Source of the DNA: Candidatus Hermodarchaeota archaeon
Lineage (GTDB): Archaea > Asgardarchaeota > Lokiarchaeia > Sigyniarchaeales > SOKP01
Direction of reading: 5' to 3'
Assembly: GCA_048885535.1 (NCBI GenBank)
Contig: JBHLLO010000027.1
Coordinates: 19,687 to 39,989 of the forward strand
DNA: 20,303 nucleotides
The notes under the pieces were generated by a model. It was not told where the DNA came from, did no database searches, and worked only from the letters and a program-made list of their open reading frames with translations. The position numbers and the translations under genes were made by a program. Shown one piece after another: positions 8,553-14,994 of the stretch. The first letter of the stretch is position 1. Each line of letters starts with the position of its first letter.

Positions 8553-9725
8553 TCATTTATAAGTTTCAAGTCCAGCTTTGCAACCCATAGCTAAGAAATC
8601 TACCATCTTTCCATTATAATCATTTTCAATCTTATAATAAAGACCATTTTGGGTGAATGTAACCCCCCAAATTGCTTTTTTCGAATCGCTTTGGAGTGGT
8701 GTATTTCTTAGAAAATCTTTTATTAGTGGATGAAAATGTATGGGTACATCTTTTAGATCATCACATGATATCCCAAAACAAAGACGTTCAACTTTTTCTG
8801 AATCCCAACTAAACGTATAATTTAAATGAGCTGCTTTCATACATCCTTCCATTACCTCTTTTGATGCAGACTTAAATCCTAAATCCTCGACAAGCGCTAT
8901 ACAGTTATCATATGTTGCTTTTGGTGGTTGTTTCAGCATGAAATAAATATTAGTAGTTTTATGTAGAAAATCAAATGCAAACAAACTAAATGATGTTAGT
9001 CCATGCTTATTAAAGTATTCTCGATAATTTTTCATGCTTTCTGGTATATATCTCATAGAAAAAATTGGATCAATTGATCCAGGTACAATGAATGGCCAGA
9101 TTTTTGATAATCCCATACTTGCATCTACATCAACTCCATAACCCATCATCTGAAAACTCTCCATAGCTTCAATGATCATATCATGAATTGGATGACCATC
9201 TTTTTCAATTAAGCCTTCTTTAATAGCATTTGTATAAGGATCTGGATTATGTGGCATAAAAAATTCGACATATCTTAGTGCAACATCTCTATATTCGACC
9301 GGTTTTGTCGTAGTTCTAATTGATATGGGTGCTCCAGCAAAGAACTCCCTATATGCTGCGAAAGCCTTTTTAACTGCTTCTTCATTAAAGTTTACTCCTG
9401 TTACTTCACAGATTTTTGCAAAATCTTTAAGCATCTGTTCCAAGTCATTTGTACATTTGAAGTTAGACTTCACCTTAGGTAAGTAAAGATCATAATCTAC
9501 ACCTAATTCTTTAAGATCTGCCATCATAACCGGTTGAAATGCAGTAGGTGTGATTTCAAATAGTGCCACAATGAGATCGATTTCAGCTACTATTTTACCT
9601 TGACGCTCTATGCATTTGTTTTCAGCGCTTTGAAGCAATTGAGGTCCTATAACTGGCCTTACCATTTCTGGCATATTTAAAACTATTTTTTCATAAAGAT
9701 TTTTTACTTCAGGTTCCCATTCCAT
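8553..9725 (-). CDS. Soluble aromatic prenyltransferase (ABBA fold, NphB/CloQ type) with an N-terminal 81-aa DUF2621/PCP_red-like helical module
   Basis: After residue ~90, colinear NphB-like motifs: DPYTNAIKEGLIEKDGHPIHDMI, YGVDVDASMGLSKIWPF, IPESMKNYREYFNKHGL, AFDFLHKTTNIYF, IALVEDLGF, YTFSWDSEKVERLCFGI, WGVTFTQNGLYYKIENDY. No DDxxD motif and no TM helices. Confidence 0.9.
   Translation of the reverse strand: MEWEPEVKNLYEKIVLNMPEMVRPVIGPQLLQSAENKCIERQGKIVAEIDLIVALFEITPTAFQPVMMADLKELGVDYDLYLPKVKSNFKCTNDLEQMLKDFAKICEVTGVNFNEEAVKKAFAAYREFFAGAPISIRTTTKPVEYRDVALRYVEFFMPHNPDPYTNAIKEGLIEKDGHPIHDMIIEAMESFQMMGYGVDVDASMGLSKIWPFIVPGSIDPIFSMRYIPESMKNYREYFNKHGLTSFSLFAFDFLHKTTNIYFMLKQPPKATYDNCIALVEDLGFKSASKEVMEGCMKAAHLNYTFSWDSEKVERLCFGISCDDLKDVPIHFHPLIKDFLRNTPLQSDSKKAIWGVTFTQNGLYYKIENDYNGKMVDFLAMGCKAGLETYK
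9483..9725 (-). repeat. Shared 81-aa N-terminal module, copy 3 (on the prenyltransferase)
   Basis: Ungapped alignment with copies at 12371-12613 and 13751-13993; 22 of 81 positions invariant across all three by manual count. Confidence 0.92.
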
Positions 9726-9780
9726 ACTTTTTTCACTCTTTTTTGTTACCTTACAATTCTCAAAAAAAATTATTTAATAT

Positions 9781-11205
9781 TTATGCTAAATATTTAGCAA
9801 ATTGTAAATTACTTAATTCGGCAAACCCGTCTGGGTTATTAAACCCAAGTCCAGGCATCATCCATCTCGGATTTTTTTTCCCATAATCCCTTACTACTTG
9901 ATAAAGGTCGATATCTTTGATTTTTGGAGAAATATAAAATTTAGGCTTAAGTAAATTTTCTCCTTTCGAAATAATCCCTTCCTCCTCTGCAATTCGCTGA
10001 AGAGGAGTATGTGGATAGATCCTCATTCCAATAAATACAATTACATCTCCATCTCCTTGCCATAAATTCCCTCTATAACTCTCAATAGTCTCTAAGCGAT
10101 CCAGTGACGCTCGAACTGTTTCAAGTGTTTCCCCTGGACCTCCAACAATTATATGAATTAATTGTTCAATTTCTAAATCAACACATTTCTTGGAGGTCTG
10201 AATCGCCTCATCTGGGGATCTGTTTTTATTCATATTTTTTAACATTTCTCTAGATAATGATTCAATACCCGTTGCGAAATGCACTGCACCACTTTCTCTC
10301 ATCAGTGGCATTAAGTCAAGGAACTTCTCACTGGGGACATAATTAGCACCCCATTTTACATCTATTTTATGATTAATAATCTCATTACAGGTTTGCTTGA
10401 CATGATCATAATTCAAATTGAAAATACTGTCAACAATAAAAATATTTTGAATTCCATAATTATTTACTATTAAATCTAATTCCTCCGCTATGTTTTCAGG
10501 CGACCGATAACGAACATTCGAACCTTCAATGTATTTATAGCTACAATAAATACAATTCATTGGACAGCCCCTTTTTGTTTGGATATTTCCCCAGAAAGGC
10601 CCAGATTTATTCAAAGGTTCTATAAGATATGCGTCATTATCAATTATCTCTCGAATTGGAATTGGTAGATCATCTAAATTTTCAACCCTCCATGGTGGAT
10701 TCTGATGAAACTCACCTTTATTGTCTAAGAAACATAGCCCTTTCTTGATAGTTCTAGGGTCTTCATCATTACTAATTTTTTTCAATATCTCTGCGAAAAC
10801 ATATTCTCCATCGCCGATAACACCCAAACTATGGTTCAAATCTCTTAAAATCTCCTCAGCAAATATTGAAAATCCTGCTCCACCTAAAATAATTGGAATA
10901 TATGGTTCTACAAGGTTTTTGATGTATTGAATAATACTTCTCACTGGTAAGTAGAAGAAAAGATTCCCTGGATATGTAGTTGAATCAACATTCCGTATTG
11001 AAATCCCTATTACTTGTGGATTAAAATTATCAATTGTTTTTGAAACATCCTTCTTATAATCATCACTTAACGTTAAATCAAGTAATTTCACATCATGACC
11101 TTGACTAATCAAATAAGATGCTAGATATGCTTCTCCTAGTGGCGGAACCATCACATGAACAATTTCTCGACTTCCAGAAAGTATCAATACTCGCATCATT
11201 CCCAC
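9781..11205 (-). CDS. Cobalamin-dependent radical SAM enzyme (B12-binding + radical SAM), probable methyltransferase
   Basis: B12-binding domain PPLGEAYLASYL...GHDVKLLDL...VIGISIRNVD...IILGGAGFS...GDGE. CxxxCxxC motif in QTKRGCPMNCIYC, then DSIFN, GGPGET, GMRIYPHT. The start may be one of the ATGs just after the GTG. Confidence 0.93.
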   Translation of the reverse strand: MGMMRVLILSGSREIVHVMVPPLGEAYLASYLISQGHDVKLLDLTLSDDYKKDVSKTIDNFNPQVIGISIRNVDSTTYPGNLFFYLPVRSIIQYIKNLVEPYIPIILGGAGFSIFAEEILRDLNHSLGVIGDGEYVFAEILKKISNDEDPRTIKKGLCFLDNKGEFHQNPPWRVENLDDLPIPIREIIDNDAYLIEPLNKSGPFWGNIQTKRGCPMNCIYCSYKYIEGSNVRYRSPENIAEELDLIVNNYGIQNIFIVDSIFNLNYDHVKQTCNEIINHKIDVKWGANYVPSEKFLDLMPLMRESGAVHFATGIESLSREMLKNMNKNRSPDEAIQTSKKCVDLEIEQLIHIIVGGPGETLETVRASLDRLETIESYRGNLWQGDGDVIVFIGMRIYPHTPLQRIAEEEGIISKGENLLKPKFYISPKIKDIDLYQVVRDYGKKNPRWMMPGLGFNNPDGFAELSNLQFAKYLA

Positions 11206-11212
11206 TCAAATC

Positions 11213-12613
11213 TTATTTTAGCAATTCAATTTCTTTTTTATCTAAGGCATTACCTTCATGTTCGTGATCATTTTCATGCCAACAAAAAGGAAATGAACCA
11301 AAAAAGTCTCCAGTTATATATTCTGCAGTAACACGACATCCTCCTCCACAATACTTAAGATGATGGCAAAAAGCACATTTTCCCTTTATCTTTTTTCTAT
11401 CGCGAATATCTTTATAAAGTTGGGAATTCAGTACATCCTCAAAATTATCCTTTAAAGCATTTCCAAGTGTTAACGTAGTAGGATAACCAGCAGGATATAT
11501 TGTTCCATCTATACCTATCCCCATCATCGTTCTACAAGCTAAGCAGCCCACCCCCCATTCAATAGCTGCCATTTCTTTGTCATCTTTAGGTTGCTCCATA
11601 AATGGTACCATATCATAGATTTCATAAGCAGGTAAGGTTCCGGTTTTTCCGTTTCTTATCGTTTCAATAGCGTGTCTATATTTAAAATCATACATTTTTT
11701 TATATTCTTCCTTATCAAGCCCGATCTCATTCCAGAATTGAGCAGCTCGATTTTGTTTAACCACACATCTAAAATATGGTTGTGAACCCCATCTTTCAGA
11801 TAATTCTTTAAGAGCTTCCAATTCATCAATATTTTGTTTCATGACTGTGATTGACGAACATACAAAAATCCCATATTTTAAGCAAAGGTCTATTGCTTTT
11901 TTAGCATACTTTAAGGAATTAGGGAAACCTCTTATCTGATCATTCTTTTCCGAGTCTGCACTGTCAAAACTGACAAATATGTGACTTATATTATTCTCTT
12001 TACACATTTTAACAAACTTTTCGGTAAACTGAACTCCGTTCGTAATGAGAGCATGAATGTAATCTTTTTCCTTACAAAATCTCATAATCTCACCAATATC
12101 TTTACGTAATGTAGGTTCACCACCAAACCAAACAAAACAGGCATGTCTACCTTGTTTCCTTAAACCCGTTTCAATATTTTCTACTATATTACACCATTCA
12201 TCTGTGGATAATTCTACTCGTGGTATTAGATCATCAGCAGCACAGTGAATACATTTTTGATTACATTTATCTGTAAGATACATCGCAAAGTGAATGTTTC
12301 CCGGATGAAACCCTCTTTCTAGTTTCTGCCAGGAAACTTTAAGGCGATCCTTTATATCTTTCAATTCTATATAACGTTCCACATCAATGCCTAGCTTTGT
12401 TAAATCCTCAACCATTACAGGTTTAAAAGCTTCAGGGATAATATCAAAAATCCCTAAAATTACATCATTATCACTAATATAACCACCATTTCGTTCAAGA
12501 CATCTTTTTTTTGCGGCTTCTACGATTAAGGGTTCAACTGATGGTCTAAATCCCTGAGGCATTTGTTCTACTATTCGATTGAATAATATTTGAGTTTCTA
12601 CTTCCCATTCCAT
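11213..12613 (-). CDS. Radical SAM/SPASM protein, paralogue 2, with N-terminal 81-aa shared module
   Basis: TDKCNQKCIHC, FGGEPTLRKD, ITNG, VSFDS...DQIRG; SPASM GCLAC...YPAG...KCAFCHHLKYCGGGCR...PFCW. NirJ/AhbC/AhbD/PqqE-like architecture. Confidence 0.93.
   Translation of the reverse strand: MEWEVETQILFNRIVEQMPQGFRPSVEPLIVEAAKKRCLERNGGYISDNDVILGIFDIIPEAFKPVMVEDLTKLGIDVERYIELKDIKDRLKVSWQKLERGFHPGNIHFAMYLTDKCNQKCIHCAADDLIPRVELSTDEWCNIVENIETGLRKQGRHACFVWFGGEPTLRKDIGEIMRFCKEKDYIHALITNGVQFTEKFVKMCKENNISHIFVSFDSADSEKNDQIRGFPNSLKYAKKAIDLCLKYGIFVCSSITVMKQNIDELEALKELSERWGSQPYFRCVVKQNRAAQFWNEIGLDKEEYKKMYDFKYRHAIETIRNGKTGTLPAYEIYDMVPFMEQPKDDKEMAAIEWGVGCLACRTMMGIGIDGTIYPAGYPTTLTLGNALKDNFEDVLNSQLYKDIRDRKKIKGKCAFCHHLKYCGGGCRVTAEYITGDFFGSFPFCWHENDHEHEGNALDKKEIELLK
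12234..12266. repeat. 33-bp exact direct repeat, also at 13614-13646
   Basis: tcagcagcacagtgaatacatttttgattacat occurs twice, 1380 nt apart, and encodes CNQKCIHCAA in both SPASM paralogues. Confidence 0.9.
12371..12613 (-). repeat. Shared 81-aa N-terminal module, copy 2
   Basis: MEWEVETQILFNRIVEQMPQGFRP...IFDIIPEAFKPVMVEDLTKLGIDVERY aligns without gaps to the other two copies. Confidence 0.92.
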
Positions 12614-12625
12614 TAACTTACACCC

Positions 12626-13993
12626 TTAAGAACAACCTTCATGTTTATGGTCATCTTCGTGCCAACAGAACGGAAGTGCTGCCAAGAAATCTCCTGTTTC
12701 ATTTTCAGCGTGAACTCGGCAACCACCCCCACATAATTCAAGATGGTGACAAGTTGAGCATCTCCCTTTTACCTTTCTGTCCCTAATAGCCTTGAACGTT
12801 TCAGATTCCATTATTTCATTAAAATCTTGTTTGAAGACATTACCCAAGGTTAATTTAGAGGGATAATCACATGGAAAAAAATCTCCATTGACATCAATCC
12901 CTGAAACAGACCGGCATGCTTGACACCCTACCCCCCACTCTAAGGCAGTACGTTCTTCATCAGTGCGAGGACATTCCATAAAAGGTACCATATCATATGT
13001 ATACACTTTATTTAAAAATGAAGCTTCCCCTTTCCTAACTGCTTCAACCACATGCCTATATTTGAAATCATAAAATTGGCGATATTCATCATAATCTAAT
13101 CCAATATCATCCCAGTTTTTGTCTGCTGTTCGTTGTTTAATTACGGCTCTAAAATAAGGTATAGCACCTAAAGTCTCTAATTTCTTTTTAATTTCTTCCA
13201 ATTCATCAAAATTTTCTTTCTGAACGGTTGCCGTACAAATTACTAAGTGCCCATAATCTATAGCCAATTTTATAGCTTTCTCAGCAGCTTCCCCTGCTTT
13301 AGGAACTCCACGAATTTTCGCAGCCTTTTCATGATAAATACTGTCATAACTGATGAATACATGATGCATCTTGGCTTCAGCACAGAGTTTGGCTAAATCT
13401 TCATTGAATAACATACCATTAGTGGAAATGGCTTGGTAATATCCTTTTTCGCCACAATATTTTATTAGATCTGCGAGATCCTTACGAAGAGTTGGTTCTC
13501 CGCCAAACCATATATAGCATCCTCTTCTACCTTGTTTTCTCAATGTTTGTTCCACATTCTCAATTATCTTTATCCATTCCTCTGTGGAAAATTCTGGACG
13601 TTGATCCATTAATTCAGCAGCACAGTGAATACATTTTTGATTACATCTATCAGTTAGATAGACTGTAAAATGATAAACTCCAGGAGCCCACGCACCTCCA
13701 ATTTCATCCCAAGAACGAGCATACTTTTTTCTAATTTCTGATAGTTTTACATATCGCTCGGTATCGATTCCTAATTTCTTCAAATCCTCAATAACAGTAG
13801 GTTGAAATGCATCAGGAGTTATTTCAAATAAAGCAGATAGCAAATCATCTCTACTTACAAAACCAGAGTTCCTAAGTATTGCTGTCTTTTCAGCAGCTTT
13901 ACGTAACATTGGTGCTACAGACATGCGAAAAGCCTCAGGAACCTGCTCTGTAACTTGTTTATATAATTCTTCAATTTCTTCTGTCCAATCCAT
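12626..13993 (-). CDS. Radical SAM/SPASM protein, paralogue 1, with N-terminal 81-aa shared module
   Basis: TDRCNQKCIHC, FGGEPTLRKD, STNG, ISYDS...KIRG; SPASM GCQAC...FPCD...RCSTCHHLELCGGGCR...PFCW. AGAGGT SD-like motif upstream of ATG 13993. Confidence 0.94.
   Translation of the reverse strand: MDWTEEIEELYKQVTEQVPEAFRMSVAPMLRKAAEKTAILRNSGFVSRDDLLSALFEITPDAFQPTVIEDLKKLGIDTERYVKLSEIRKKYARSWDEIGGAWAPGVYHFTVYLTDRCNQKCIHCAAELMDQRPEFSTEEWIKIIENVEQTLRKQGRRGCYIWFGGEPTLRKDLADLIKYCGEKGYYQAISTNGMLFNEDLAKLCAEAKMHHVFISYDSIYHEKAAKIRGVPKAGEAAEKAIKLAIDYGHLVICTATVQKENFDELEEIKKKLETLGAIPYFRAVIKQRTADKNWDDIGLDYDEYRQFYDFKYRHVVEAVRKGEASFLNKVYTYDMVPFMECPRTDEERTALEWGVGCQACRSVSGIDVNGDFFPCDYPSKLTLGNVFKQDFNEIMESETFKAIRDRKVKGRCSTCHHLELCGGGCRVHAENETGDFLAALPFCWHEDDHKHEGCS
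13751..13993 (-). repeat. Shared 81-aa N-terminal module, copy 1
   Basis: MDWTEEIEELYKQVTEQVPEAFRM...LFEITPDAFQPTVIEDLKKLGIDTERY aligns without gaps to the other two copies. Confidence 0.92.
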
Positions 13994-14046
13994 TTTTCTT
14001 TACCTCTTTTTGATTTTAAACTGATATAATATACTTAAATTATCTC

Positions 14047-14058
14047 TATATATAATTT
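14047..14058 (-). promoter_or_regulatory. Candidate archaeal TATA box for the biosynthetic cluster
   Basis: Minus strand AAATTATATATA about 55-65 nt upstream of ATG 13993, leaving room for a leader containing the AGAGGT SD-like motif. Confidence 0.35.
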
Positions 14059-14091
14059 GAAAAGTTAACATAATAACAGGATAGCTTTTAA

Positions 14092-14787
14092 TTATTGGCC
14101 CCCCTCCATTTGAAGATATCTGTTAGAAGTAGATTGTCTATAAAATTTGATTAATAAATGGAAAATCCTAAAAGATTTAAGAAATAGTAGGATACTAGGA
14201 TTCCCAAAGACTTTATGGTATTTCCTAAAAAAATATTTTGGTCTTTTTCTTAGAATTTTATTTTTGAAGTTTTCATTAAAATGAAATTTATAATCCTTCT
14301 CTTTAATCTGAAAAACACTATGATTCTTAATTTGAAAATCGTTATTATTAGGAAGATAATTTAAACTATTATCATGATTAAATAGAATTTCTGAATCTTG
14401 AATTGAAAAGTAAATTAATTCTTTAGATCCAAGAGAATCAACATTCAAGTCCATTAAAACTCGAGAATAAACATTCAAGTATACCTTTTTGACAAAATAA
14501 TGATAAATGCTGGTCTGAATATAACCAATTGCGTTAATTAAAATAACTATGTCAATTAAATGCCCAAGACTAAAGAAGAAAGGTTCGGGCAGGAACCATA
14601 ATAAATTTATCTTGGGTAAAAATGGAATAAAAATAGAACTACCTGAACCAAAATAATCACTAAAGAAAATTGATAGCTCTGAAATATCTCTTAAGAATAA
14701 ATAAAGGAGTGTAACTGGTATACACAGAAAAATGAAAATTAAAATTAAAACCGCCTTTAATTTCTTAAATTTTTTGTCATCCTGCAC
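14092..14787 (-). CDS. Hypothetical membrane protein
   Basis: GTG start with GGAG upstream. Hydrophobic segments AVLILIFIFLCIPVTLLYLFL and FFFSLGHLIDIVILINAIGYI; basic, aromatic-rich C-terminus. No family recognised. Confidence 0.55.
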   Translation of the reverse strand: MQDDKKFKKLKAVLILIFIFLCIPVTLLYLFLRDISELSIFFSDYFGSGSSIFIPFLPKINLLWFLPEPFFFSLGHLIDIVILINAIGYIQTSIYHYFVKKVYLNVYSRVLMDLNVDSLGSKELIYFSIQDSEILFNHDNSLNYLPNNNDFQIKNHSVFQIKEKDYKFHFNENFKNKILRKRPKYFFRKYHKVFGNPSILLFLKSFRIFHLLIKFYRQSTSNRYLQMEGGQ

Positions 14788-14994
14788 GTTCTAATACTCC
14801 ATCTTCTAGTTCTTCGAGCTATGGATTTTCTTGATGTCTCTAAATTTCTTAAGTTGAAAAATTTATTTAGTCAAAAAATTACTCATTTAATTTAAATCTT
14901 ATTTAGAGCTCTGCTAAGTAAAATAATATACATAAAAGTCAAATCTTTAACTTTAAGAGAAAAAGATTTAATTTTTAAAAGAAGAAATTTTGAA

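Noticed and set aside
8530-8555. Selenocysteine read-through at TGA stops (8553, also 2309 and 18813)
   Set aside because: Each is followed by an in-frame TAA within a few codons, and the proteins appear complete at the TGA.
11213-13993. Naming the SPASM pair ahbC/ahbD, nirJ, pqqE or mftC
   Set aside because: The architecture is similar, but no partner genes of those pathways are present and the N-terminal module is atypical, so no gene symbol was given.
8482-14091. RiPP precursor peptide inside or next to the radical SAM cluster
   Set aside because: Internal gaps are only 7-71 nt and the flanks show no credible small ORF. There is no PqqD/RRE domain, peptidase or exporter, so a small-molecule or lipid substrate is favoured.
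14788-14810. In-frame ATG-GAG-TAT-TAG just upstream of the membrane protein GTG (amber read-through?)
   Set aside because: It would add only five residues, a further TAG lies just upstream, and the GGAG is better explained as an SD motif.
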